Source: a virus (Duplodnaviria; Caudoviricetes). Taken from it: a stretch of DNA of 33,456 nucleotides. Under the pieces are notes generated by a model. It made no database searches, was not told the origin of the DNA, and saw nothing but the letters and a program-made list of their open reading frames with translations. Below are positions 25,267 through 33,456 of this stretch, one piece after another (the first letter of the stretch is position 1; every line of letters begins with the position of its first letter). The translations under genes and the position numbers were made by a program. The stretch is taken from the IMG/VR virus record IMGVR_UViG_3300027772_000091, positions 1 through 33,456 of that record. The stretch is one strand, 5' to 3'.

Positions 25267-26247
25267 TTAGCTCTGAATTGTAGTGTTCAAGTCGTAGACT
25301 GCTCCATGAGCCTTCTCGTTCTTGATTTTCAAGCCCCACTCGCACAAGAGCATACGCTTCTCGGCATCACCTGTCTTAGCCAGTTCAACTGTCTGGAAAG
25401 GACGCAGATAAGCAACGCTTGCGTACTCAGGATCAAGCACGAAAACATCACGATCACGTTGGAACCTGTTGGCAACAATACTCACGTTTCCGAAATCGGA
25501 GACATAAATATCTGCAGCGCCAATAATTGTAGAAGGCTTAGGACCTGTCACATTGAAACGCTGACCAGCAATACCAGCCATCTTAGACAAGTTCTGCTTG
25601 TTAACAGGACCAGCCATAACGATAGATGGTGAACCACCTTCTGTCCAAACCTTCTGGATTACATCCTTCAGCAATGTCTCGCTGAATGAACGCAAGTTAC
25701 CTGCTGTGGAATCTGTACGAGCCGCATCAGGAATGGTAGTGTATGAAGGATCAGAACCACCAGTACCTTCGTTAGTATTGGTCTTCAAGAAGGCCAGCAA
25801 TGCACCTGTTTTACGGGCGGCAGATGTAGAACCAGCAGTAGCGGCTTGGTTAGCCAACATTGTGGCCTCCATGTCTCGCTTAATTTCCGCAGATTTTTTA
25901 GCCATTTGGTAGCTCAATTCTGAGCGACGACCTGCCTTATCAACTGACTCTAAAGTGCCAGAGATAATCACGTCTTTACGGCTGATCTGAGTGTAGTTAC
26001 CCAAACGAACTGTAGCAGTTGCTGCTGTGAAAGAAGTGATGTCATCACCCTCGATCTGAGCATTAGTTGTGATAGCAGCAGCCAAATCATCAGTTTGCCA
26101 CTCAAAGAAAGTGTTGGTGACGTTCTCACGACCAACATTGCTCATGAATGGAGTCTCTTCTGGAGAGATCTGATAAATGACGTTTGAAAGATCTTCCCGA
26201 ACGCCTTTAGCGTCAAATCGGGTGTACGTGTTTGTAATAGCAGCCAT
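25267..26247 (-). CDS. Major capsid protein (DUF5309 / SU10-type HK97 fold)
   Basis: REDLS..IY.ISP.ETPF...EWQTD.L...N...EGD...R.GNYTQI..K...E..YQ..K...E.KRDME; follows scaffold and precedes a terminator. Confidence 0.9.
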   Translation of the reverse strand: MAAITNTYTRFDAKGVREDLSNVIYQISPEETPFMSNVGRENVTNTFFEWQTDDLAAAITTNAQIEGDDITSFTAATATVRLGNYTQISRKDVIISGTLESVDKAGRRSELSYQMAKKSAEIKRDMEATMLANQAATAGSTSAARKTGALLAFLKTNTNEGTGGSDPSYTTIPDAARTDSTAGNLRSFSETLLKDVIQKVWTEGGSPSIVMAGPVNKQNLSKMAGIAGQRFNVTGPKPSTIIGAADIYVSDFGNVSIVANRFQRDRDVFVLDPEYASVAYLRPFQTVELAKTGDAEKRMLLCEWGLKIKNEKAHGAVYDLNTTIQS

Positions 26248-26256
26248 GATAATTCC

Positions 26257-27243
26257 TTAAATAAATTTCTCGAAAAGGGATGCGGCATCTCTGACGCTTC
26301 CAGTTTGTGCAAGACGCTTTTTTGCGTTATTTATATCACTAGACTTAGAACTCACGCTACCTGCTGAACCAGGAGTGACCATCTTAGGAGCCTTCTTAAT
26401 CTTAGCTTGGAACTCAGGACGCTTACTCATCATCTGGTCATACTTCCACGCTTTGTGAAGCGCAAGCAATGCCCGTGAATCTGTAATCGTACTCAACTCT
26501 TGCTCAGAAAACCCTAAATTCTGGCCATATTCCAATAAAGCTTTACCTTCTGTTTTGGCTGTCTCTGGAGAACTCCACTCTGGAATTTTCTCTTTCAAAC
26601 TTGCAATTTCTTGCGCCATTACTTGTTGCAAATGCTTCTGTTGTTCAACTTGTTGCACTTGGTTAAGCCTTTGTTGCTCTGCTTGAACCGCATATTTCTG
26701 TTGTTGCCTACGCTGATGTGATGTCCATTGACGGGCATATTCAGTTGGGTCTTCAACTTCCAATCGGTTCCAATCAGGCTCTGGAGGCTCAAACTCCTGC
26801 AATTTCTGCTGTAATTGTCCTAATATCTGAGAGTATTGTTCACGCTCTCCACGTACTTGCTGAAACTCAGACTCGACTAATTTGCGCTCTTCTGCCAGTT
26901 TCTGCGTTTTCCGTGTGTAGTCAGCTTCACGTTGGTAGCCTCGGATCAGTTCATCCTTCGGGACTTCGATTTCTTTGCCATCAACTTTGACAACAAACTT
27001 CTCATCCCTTGGAGCTTCTTCTTCAGCTTCCTCTTCTTCGCCTTCTACTTCCTCGGAAGATTCCTCTGTTTCATCTTGCGTCTCCGCAGATTCCACTTCC
27101 TCAGACTCAGATTCGGATTGCTCCTCCTCTGGTTGCGCCTCTGCACCAGTGTCAACACCCTCTTGGCTGTCTAGCATGGAAGCAAAGCTTTGCGCTGCTT
27201 GGTTTACTGTAATCGAACCGACTGCGTTTGCGTTATCGGACAT
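26257..27243 (-). CDS. Capsid scaffolding protein
   Basis: Acidic N-terminus, VKVDGKE.EV...EL..GYQR.ADYTRKTQ.LAE, coiled coil; between portal and capsid genes. Confidence 0.85.
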   Translation of the reverse strand: MSDNANAVGSITVNQAAQSFASMLDSQEGVDTGAEAQPEEEQSESESEEVESAETQDETEESSEEVEGEEEEAEEEAPRDEKFVVKVDGKEIEVPKDELIRGYQREADYTRKTQKLAEERKLVESEFQQVRGEREQYSQILGQLQQKLQEFEPPEPDWNRLEVEDPTEYARQWTSHQRRQQQKYAVQAEQQRLNQVQQVEQQKHLQQVMAQEIASLKEKIPEWSSPETAKTEGKALLEYGQNLGFSEQELSTITDSRALLALHKAWKYDQMMSKRPEFQAKIKKAPKMVTPGSAGSVSSKSSDINNAKKRLAQTGSVRDAASLFEKFI

Positions 27244-27264
27244 ATTTACCTCTTAGTTTAACAA

Positions 27265-27537
27265 TCATTTGTTCGGGGGTCTTCCCCGTCTACGTACAAG
27301 GGCAACTTCTGCCATCTTGCCTGTATCCATAACAGAGCGTAGTTTTGCTCTCAGAATATCAACTGTTGTCAGAAGCAAGTAAGCTTGCTCTCTAACTGGT
27401 CCTTCCATTAGTTTGGAAGAACGAATCTCACGATAACAGTCATCTTCAATTCGTTTAAGCATCTCATTGAGGAGTTCATCCTCAAGAAGTAACTTTGCTC
27501 TGTCTCCTCTTGCGAGGTTAATTTCTAGATCGTCCAT
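27265..27537 (-). CDS. Hypothetical protein between portal and scaffold
   Basis: 90-aa helical ORF with C-terminal RRRGRPP (AT-hook-like). Confidence 0.7.
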   Translation of the reverse strand: MDDLEINLARGDRAKLLLEDELLNEMLKRIEDDCYREIRSSKLMEGPVREQAYLLLTTVDILRAKLRSVMDTGKMAEVALVRRRGRPPNK

Positions 27538-29691
27538 TTACATCATTGGTTGGGGCTGTTGAGGGACTTGCGTCTGATTCATTGCAGCCTGTTGACGGAT
27601 TAATTCTCGGTCTGTATTCATTGCGGCATTAATCTCCGCACTTTGAATTTGTACACCATATTTCAATTCTAGCTCATATCTACGCAAAATACCATCTTGT
27701 TCAACACGATCTCTTTCACGATCATCAGACATAATCATTTTTTGGCGCTCTAAATCCAATTCAGCTGCCTTCTTTTGAATATCAGCTTGGATAGACTGAA
27801 CCTGTACTTGAGCCAACATCTCCTCTGGAGTAGGCTTTGGTGGGGGTGGCTCTGGCAGTTGGAAGTCAACAGGCAACTGGTTAAAGTAATTCTGTGAATC
27901 CTTAATACCTGCCAACTGTAAAAGCTTAGTTAAGGTATTTGTATACTGTGGCAAAGAAACAACAGGATTATTAACTCCAGTTTCTTTAATCAGCATTTCT
28001 TGACGCATAGCCACTTGGCTCAACACATTAATTCTGTCTTCAATAGTGCCATCACCGACGCCTACATTAACAATCACATCCATATTGGCATCCCAAGAAC
28101 GGGGGTCAATTGGCACGAATGTATTACGCAAACGAATCATTCTGGCTTTATCTTGATTCTCAATAACGAGTTTCAAGATGCCAGTAAATAACTTACGCAA
28201 ACCAGTTTCAGCAAAGGTACGGGCAATCATCTCAATATGCTGATGTGCGGCATTAACAGTCGCAGATACTGCGGCCTTAGTAGTGCTTTGCAACGCATCC
28301 GCATCTAGGCCAGAGGCGGCCTTAGAAATGCCTGTACGGGTCTGTTTAATGTCATCCAAGTAGTCAAGCATTGGGAATGCTGCCTGACCAACAAATGGAG
28401 TTGTAAACGGTTGAACCATACCTGGCGCTCTCATCCGAATAACAGCACCAACTTCTGTATTCAACACGTCTTCCATGTTGGCCTGACCTTCCACGATTGC
28501 TGTACGTGGGTGGATAGACTGAGCCAAAGAGTCCAAAATACCACGTTGGACATTGGATTTGATGCGCTGAATGTCCATTACTACATCAGCAGGACACATA
28601 CCAAAGAAGGTATGGGGTTCTGGATCTGGGCAGAAGTCAGCAAACTGACGGCTATCAACAATTTCATTGCGGATAACTTTGTTGCCAGTACCGACTGTGC
28701 AAATCCTACGCATTTCAGCAATGCCATCGCCATCAAAGTCTACCTTTAAGTAGCCTTCAATGTAGAGAACACTCTTGCTAGATGGATCACCATTATTTGA
28801 AGTACTGATAACAGCAAATGGATTACGTGCTTGGTACTCTTCGTTGTTGTCAAAGTCATTACCATTACCAGCAACCTCAACCATCTCATCGTAGTCATAG
28901 CCCATTGCGACTAGATCGGAAACAGTCTTCATAGCCCTGTGGCCTACAAAAGTAGCCTCATCAATGGACTTTGCTCTGCGGTCAATTAGGAACTCTTCAG
29001 GAGGTAGGGCCTCAATCTTGACTTTGCCTGATTTAATTCTGCGCTTGATCTCCACGTCATACATCATGGGAGGTGGAGTCATAATTCCTTGGGCGGCATT
29101 CTGTTCTGCCATGCCAGGAATCGGATACTCACGCACCGCAGAAATCTCAATGTCTGGGTCTTGAGTTAGGAACATCATTGTCTGCTCATCAAGCATAGAG
29201 AATGACTCTGCTTTAACTTCAACAGACTCATCCCACCAGTACTTCACAATACCGCATTTGCGTACCAAAGCGTCTTTGAATGCCGAGTGCAAAATCTTAA
29301 AGCCTGGGTTATCACGCTTGAAAATAAAGTCTACATAGTCTGTCGCTTGTTCAGCAGACTGTACATCCTCTGGTCCTTGTGGGGCAAACTCAACCACACG
29401 CTCTGGGCCAAAGAAAATACGCATCAAGCTAGGCAGTATGCCTTGTACAGTATCACGTACGTCCATTGATACTACTTGTGAACGTCCTTCTTCTTCGTCA
29501 CCAAAGGGTTGTCCGTAATAGTATTCAGTAGCCATCGCACGATTGCCACCAATGTCATCATCAATGAAAGAAATAGCATCATAAATTTCAGCAGAAATAA
29601 CGCCTTGAAGTTGCTCTTCTGACATTACCTCATCTTCTTGCATCTCGCCTTGCAAGGTTTCAGCCATCAACATTGGGTTATCTTGTTTCAT
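27538..29691 (-). CDS. Portal protein (P22-like, with long C-terminal coiled-coil barrel)
   Basis: 717 aa; YY.G...G.E..GRS.VVS.DV.DTV...P.LMR.F; D..AEQATDY; Q-rich C-terminus. Confidence 0.9.
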   Translation of the reverse strand: MKQDNPMLMAETLQGEMQEDEVMSEEQLQGVISAEIYDAISFIDDDIGGNRAMATEYYYGQPFGDEEEGRSQVVSMDVRDTVQGILPSLMRIFFGPERVVEFAPQGPEDVQSAEQATDYVDFIFKRDNPGFKILHSAFKDALVRKCGIVKYWWDESVEVKAESFSMLDEQTMMFLTQDPDIEISAVREYPIPGMAEQNAAQGIMTPPPMMYDVEIKRRIKSGKVKIEALPPEEFLIDRRAKSIDEATFVGHRAMKTVSDLVAMGYDYDEMVEVAGNGNDFDNNEEYQARNPFAVISTSNNGDPSSKSVLYIEGYLKVDFDGDGIAEMRRICTVGTGNKVIRNEIVDSRQFADFCPDPEPHTFFGMCPADVVMDIQRIKSNVQRGILDSLAQSIHPRTAIVEGQANMEDVLNTEVGAVIRMRAPGMVQPFTTPFVGQAAFPMLDYLDDIKQTRTGISKAASGLDADALQSTTKAAVSATVNAAHQHIEMIARTFAETGLRKLFTGILKLVIENQDKARMIRLRNTFVPIDPRSWDANMDVIVNVGVGDGTIEDRINVLSQVAMRQEMLIKETGVNNPVVSLPQYTNTLTKLLQLAGIKDSQNYFNQLPVDFQLPEPPPPKPTPEEMLAQVQVQSIQADIQKKAAELDLERQKMIMSDDRERDRVEQDGILRRYELELKYGVQIQSAEINAAMNTDRELIRQQAAMNQTQVPQQPQPMM

Positions 29692-29700
29692 TTTAAATCC

Positions 29701-30117
29701 TTAACGTCCAGCAATGTATGGAAGAATACCTTGTGATGCACCGCCATAACCTTGGAGTAGTGATGGAATGCCACCAACATAGTTATTTGCCATACCACCC
29801 ATACCACCACTCATGCTAAATTGCTGTGGAGCCATCATTTGCTCATCTTGTTTCCCTTGTGGGCTGAAAGCATACTTATATGCGCCTGACAACATATCGC
29901 CAGCAGTAGCATTTGGATTGGTAAAGGTTTTATAGGCTTGCATAGTAGGTGCAATAGCTTCATTACCAAGTACACCAACAGTACTTCCTAACTTTTCCAT
30001 TGTGGAGGGTGGAGCCATGCCGCCACTAGCAACTGCTTCAGACATTCCACCTCCAGCGCCAACTTCAACATTACCACCTTTTAAAGATTCCAATAGAGCA
30101 GCAAAAAAATCACCCAT
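29701..30117 (-). CDS. Hypothetical Gly/Met-rich protein
   Basis: 138-aa ORF in the operon, coupled to the upstream gene. Confidence 0.65.
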   Translation of the reverse strand: MGDFFAALLESLKGGNVEVGAGGGMSEAVASGGMAPPSTMEKLGSTVGVLGNEAIAPTMQAYKTFTNPNATAGDMLSGAYKYAFSPQGKQDEQMMAPQQFSMSGGMGGMANNYVGGIPSLLQGYGGASQGILPYIAGR

Positions 30118-30560
30118 TATTCTTCTCCTTCATCTTCCATGTCGTATTCGGTCTTAGCCATCATCAACATATTCTGCTGATTCTTGGTCATCTTCTTGGT
30201 GATAGGGCCACCCAATAGCCATGCTGAACAGGTGCGCTCACCTGCACACTTGAAATCAAACAGTTCACAGTAGCCAAGATTAGCCGCACCTTGGACATCT
30301 TTGGCATAGCCATCAGTCTCTTCATCTATACCTTTTAGGATACAGTCAAGCATCTCGGGGGTTTGGATAAAGGCAGCGCAGTTACCGCAACGCATCTCTT
30401 GAACTTCATCAATAGATACTGACCACATATCAGCAAGGTTCTGCCAGTATTCTTCGTTATCTTCTTCTGGGTTGGCAGGACCATAGTCAACATTCTTGAT
30501 CGCCCAATTACGATTCTTTAAGTTGAACTTGATGTCATAGGTTGCGGTTGGGCAGTTCAT
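30117..30560 (-). CDS. Cys-rich protein with HiPIP-like CxxC...C-x12-C-SAW motif
   Basis: RCGNCAAF ... LGYCELFDFKCAGERTCSAW. Confidence 0.6.
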   Translation of the reverse strand: MNCPTATYDIKFNLKNRNWAIKNVDYGPANPEEDNEEYWQNLADMWSVSIDEVQEMRCGNCAAFIQTPEMLDCILKGIDEETDGYAKDVQGAANLGYCELFDFKCAGERTCSAWLLGGPITKKMTKNQQNMLMMAKTEYDMEDEGEE

Positions 30561-30562
30561 AG

Positions 30563-30814
30563 TTACCATTTAACCTTGTTTGCCCAGAATGCTGCACTCA
30601 TTTTGCCTTTGGCAATATTCTGAGCATGACGGGCTTTAAATGCTTCGTTTCTTTTAGATCCATCAGGACTTCCAGAAACACCTTGTTGACCAAAGCGAAT
30701 TAACTTCACTTCGTCACCAGACTTAGCCAATACAGCATGGCTTTTCTTTGGGTGGTTAGGAGTTTTCTTTGGCTTGTTGTAGCCAGAGAACTCTTCTGAA
30801 CCACGCTTAATCAT
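30563..30814 (-). CDS. Small basic phage protein
   Basis: K.KLIRFGQQG...R..AFKARH...SAAFWA.KVKW; Lys-rich. Confidence 0.7.
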   Translation of the reverse strand: MIKRGSEEFSGYNKPKKTPNHPKKSHAVLAKSGDEVKLIRFGQQGVSGSPDGSKRNEAFKARHAQNIAKGKMSAAFWANKVKW

Positions 30815-30957
30815 TTCTTTTTAGCAGTCTTAGCCGCTTGCTTAAAGTCTTTAGCAGTAGGCGCACCTTTAGTGCCAGGCTTTCGCATCTTTTCTTTAGA
30901 GCCAGCTTTAATTCGTTCTTGTTTGGCATTGATATTGGCATATAAACCTTGCTTCAT
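30811..30957 (-). CDS. Small Lys-rich protein (48 aa)
   Basis: Translated by hand: MKQGLYANINAKQERIKAGSKEKMRKPGTKGAPTAKDFKQAAKTAKKK; ATGA overlaps at both ends. Confidence 0.7.
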   Translation of the reverse strand: MKQGLYANINAKQERIKAGSKEKMRKPGTKGAPTAKDFKQAAKTAKKK

Positions 30958-31139
30958 TTTTTGCTCCGATTGGTTGCAGTTCTACCACCACGCTTTGGCA
31001 TGGCACGAGCCTCACTCATGGCGATAGCGACAGCTTGGTCACGGGATTTAACCTTCTGACCAGAGGAAGACTTGAGCTTGCCACGCTTGTATTCGCCCAT
31101 TACCTTGCCAATCTTGTTGGCGGCTTCATCCATTTTCAT
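30954..31139 (-). CDS. Small basic protein (DUF6496-like)
   Basis: KIGKVMGEYKRGKLKSSSG.KVKSR.QAVAIAMSEA; GGAG SD before ATG 31139. Confidence 0.7.
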   Translation of the reverse strand: MKMDEAANKIGKVMGEYKRGKLKSSSGQKVKSRDQAVAIAMSEARAMPKRGGRTATNRSKK

Positions 31140-31164
31140 AGGAATCTCCAATATAGGTTGCGTA

Positions 31165-31173
31165 ATACTACCA
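31165..31173 (-). promoter_or_regulatory. Putative extended -10 promoter (TG-G-TAGTAT) for the head genes
   Basis: Matches TGnTAnnnT; lies between the terL terminator and the first small basic gene. Confidence 0.35.
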
Positions 31174-31185
31174 TATTGTGTTAAT

Positions 31186-31216
31186 AAAAAAAAGAGCCAC
31201 TTTTTTAGGGTGGCTC
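31186..31216 (-). terminator. Rho-independent terminator after terL
   Basis: Minus strand GAGCCAC-CCTAAAAAA-GTGGCTC-TTTTTTTT. Confidence 0.7.
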
Positions 31217-31232
31217 AAAATGGCAACGGCAA

Positions 31233-32630
31233 TCAGACCAAGCCTCGGATTAACCTTTTAATTGGTTTTCCCCAAGACAAGTTAGACCCCCAAGAGATGG
31301 TGGCGGCATCTGAGGCAAATGTCAAGACAAAAGCGTCAGCCATATCGGGAGATTTCAAGCCCCGTCTGCGAATATCGTCTTTAGATTCGATTTTTATTTT
31401 TCCGTTAGATGTAAATGTGTACCTAACTGTTGCCAGTTCAGCAATGAAATCCTCATTATTGGGTATCTTGCAGTCCCGTTTCTCAAGCCAAGCCTTGGTT
31501 TTATGCCATAGTTCTGCTCTTAGGTTCAAATACGTCCCACCCATAGCAGGACTTTCGGACACGTTAATCCCACGGCAGGGTAGTTTTAGTTCCCTTAGTC
31601 GGTCAACAACACCAGCTCCGAGGCCGATAGAGTCAACCAGAATCTCTGTTGGGCGGCTCTTGTGGTCACAAGCTTCGTATTGAGCGACTACTGCACCTGT
31701 TAATTGCATCAGGTCTAGGTTTCTCCAACGCTCTAGTGTATGAACCACATTGGATTGACGCTTACACAGAACTGACGAGTCAGAGCCGAACCGAGCAACG
31801 TCAAGTCCCCAAATGATCGGAGCGTCTTCGTAAGCTCTTGTGTCTCTGTGTTTAGCAGACTCAAGTAACTCCATAGGAATAATCGTGTCATCATCGCTCC
31901 TTGGGAATTCACCCAAAACCCTGATCCGATAGGCATTACTTTCCTCGCCATAGCGGGATTTCATGTCCTCAACGTACTCTTTACTCACCCGAGTAGAGTC
32001 AATACAGGATACTCTCTTTGTCCACCACTCATCTTTGAGCCGATTATGTGTGTCAAAGAAGAAGCCAGAAGACCTGACGGGGTTGCCTAGTAGGATAGTT
32101 AGAGCATTGTGTCCAGACATAGAACCTGCAGCAGCCTCGAATACTGCCTCTGGAACACCAGAAGCCTCATCCGCAACCAACATGACATTCTCAGAATGAA
32201 CACCTTGTAGGGCTTCGGGCTGTTCAGCCCTACTGGTTCGAGCAGAGATGAACGCCTCTGTAGCGGAAGCTTTGAGTTCGATCCTCTCTTGTTTGACATC
32301 AAGTAGGTCTTGGATAGGTTGGGGTAGTTCTTTGACCCACCTCTTTAGCTCGGCAAACAAAGCGTCATACAGTTGGGCAGAAGTAGGGGCAGTCACCACG
32401 ACTTTGACGGGATACCTGGTCAACAAGAACCACAGCATTGCCCATGATGCCGTTGTGGACTTACCCACTCCGTGACCAGACCTGATTGAGATCTTTCTCT
32501 CACCAGTAGCTACAGCGTTAAGAAAGTCCTTCTGCCAATCATCAGGCTCTACTCCTAGGACTTCTTTAACGAACAGAACAGGATCACTCCTGTATAGGGT
32601 AATGAACTGGATAAATGGGTTATGTGCCAT
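31233..32630 (-). CDS. terL: Terminase large subunit
   Basis: Walker A SGHGVGKST; APT..Q; Walker B LVADEA; motif III GNP; nuclease GLDVARFG.D and SPD.ADA. Confidence 0.95.
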   Translation of the reverse strand: MAHNPFIQFITLYRSDPVLFVKEVLGVEPDDWQKDFLNAVATGERKISIRSGHGVGKSTTASWAMLWFLLTRYPVKVVVTAPTSAQLYDALFAELKRWVKELPQPIQDLLDVKQERIELKASATEAFISARTSRAEQPEALQGVHSENVMLVADEASGVPEAVFEAAAGSMSGHNALTILLGNPVRSSGFFFDTHNRLKDEWWTKRVSCIDSTRVSKEYVEDMKSRYGEESNAYRIRVLGEFPRSDDDTIIPMELLESAKHRDTRAYEDAPIIWGLDVARFGSDSSVLCKRQSNVVHTLERWRNLDLMQLTGAVVAQYEACDHKSRPTEILVDSIGLGAGVVDRLRELKLPCRGINVSESPAMGGTYLNLRAELWHKTKAWLEKRDCKIPNNEDFIAELATVRYTFTSNGKIKIESKDDIRRRGLKSPDMADAFVLTFASDAATISWGSNLSWGKPIKRLIRGLV

Positions 32631-33069
32631 TGTTTTCCAATGTTACAACTTCAGCCTTACCCATGTGCTTAAGGGCTTGGAGGTGTAGATCACCTAAAGA
32701 GATATTGACTTGGGTTTTGGCGGTATCTCCGTAGTTCTCAGGATCAAGCTTGGAGGCCATCCACTTCCTAGTATCGACTTGAAGTCTGGCTTTATTCACT
32801 CCACTATTGCTTGTCTCATCTGCTTGGTCAGCAATGTCTAAAGCCTCTTCTGCCAGTTTCTCAGCCTTTAGCTTACGTGCAGCGAGTACCGCATCTCTAC
32901 GCTCATCAGTATGGTTAATCCAGAAGGAAAGCATGGGTCTGGAGCATTCTATGAACTCAGCCAACCTCCCAATGGTCATTCCCTGACTTATATGTGCGGT
33001 AACGAACTCTATCCCTCCAAGCTCTTCAATCTTCTTCTCTAACGCTCTTCTCATTGGAAAACCAGCCAT
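32620..33069 (-). CDS. terS: Terminase small subunit (Sf6 gp1-like)
   Basis: N-terminal HTH, A...AEEALDIAD, KARLQVDTRKWMASKLDP..YGD; immediately upstream of terL. Confidence 0.85.
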   Translation of the reverse strand: MAGFPMRRALEKKIEELGGIEFVTAHISQGMTIGRLAEFIECSRPMLSFWINHTDERRDAVLAARKLKAEKLAEEALDIADQADETSNSGVNKARLQVDTRKWMASKLDPENYGDTAKTQVNISLGDLHLQALKHMGKAEVVTLENNGT

Positions 33070-33078
33070 ATATACTCC

Positions 33079-33456
33079 TTATTCAACAACATTCGGTAAT
33101 GGGCCTTCGTTGTTTATCTTAAACACAGGAACCCCATCGGGAAACAAAGCAGCCATTGCATAGGCATTCTTAATCTTCTCTTCTAGTGGCATTCCATAGA
33201 AGTGGACAATAAACTCCCCAATCTGCCACCTCTTCATGCTTTGGTTCATCACCTCAGACTCAACAATCCGAATAGCCTTATCAGCCCAATCTAGCTCTTG
33301 CTTCATATTCCAGATATGTTGCTGAGTCCTCCAGACATACTGCTTCCAAATATCATAGTCCTCAATCATCTGGTCTATCACCCTAAATGTCTCAGGACGA
33401 TTCACATACAGCATCACATCATTATTAACAGGCCACCAACCTGTCCTCTCTCTCGC
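33079..33456 (-). CDS. Putative glycosyltransferase C-terminal part (GT34/GMA12-like), 5' end outside the window
   Basis: Frame is open to the window edge: ARERTGWWPVNNDVMLYVN...Q..IW...MNQS...WQIGEFIVHFYG; the W..GDF.VHF.G-like tail is typical of GT34. Confidence 0.55.
   Translation of the reverse strand, partial: ARERTGWWPVNNDVMLYVNRPETFRVIDQMIEDYDIWKQYVWRTQQHIWNMKQELDWADKAIRIVESEVMNQSMKRWQIGEFIVHFYGMPLEEKIKNAYAMAALFPDGVPVFKINNEGPLPNVVE

Noticed and set aside
31072-31683. 203-aa plus-strand ORF and other plus-strand ORFs across 6.9-32.5 kb
   Set aside because: They are antisense shadows of well-supported minus-strand genes, with no motifs or convincing SD
1-33456. tRNA genes, integrase/att site, DNA polymerase
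   Set aside because: No cloverleaf in the few short intergenic gaps and no ORF with recombinase or polymerase motifs; lifestyle cannot be settled because the genome is incomplete at both edges

Overview
This window is most of the genome of a dsDNA tailed phage, probably a short-tailed podovirus with P22-like gene order. A freshwater betaproteobacterial host is a guess from the overall look of the genes. About 5.7-33.4 kb is one long minus-strand late region. In reading order it holds a partial glycosyltransferase-like gene, terS, terL, small basic proteins, portal, scaffold, major capsid, a second glycosyltransferase, adaptor, an array of Gly-rich fibre paralogs, a gp10-like nozzle, a DDxxD protein, three ejection proteins (the last with an SLT domain), a lysis cluster, an HExxH protein and a metallophosphoesterase. 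About 1-5.7 kb is a divergent early region. Leftwards are a DUF1376/YdaU-type replication initiator with internal 7-bp repeats, a VRR-NUC nuclease, a double-HTH regulator and a partial methyltransferase. Rightwards are ERF, an SSB-like protein and a MazG-like protein. I saw no integrase, DNA polymerase, tRNA or CRISPR array. The most interesting points are: (1) an isoprenoid-synthase-like DDxxD protein in the slot normally held by a GNAT-fold gp14/gp13; (2) a possible virion glycosylation set; (3) a HiPIP-like Cys protein beside the portal; (4) two structured non-coding leaders; (5) a recurrent TAGGG-N4/5-(C/T)CCTA promoter element; (6) a lysis cluster of tiny membrane peptides with no visible spanin lipobox. 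All functional calls come from reading motifs and gene order by eye, not from database searches.
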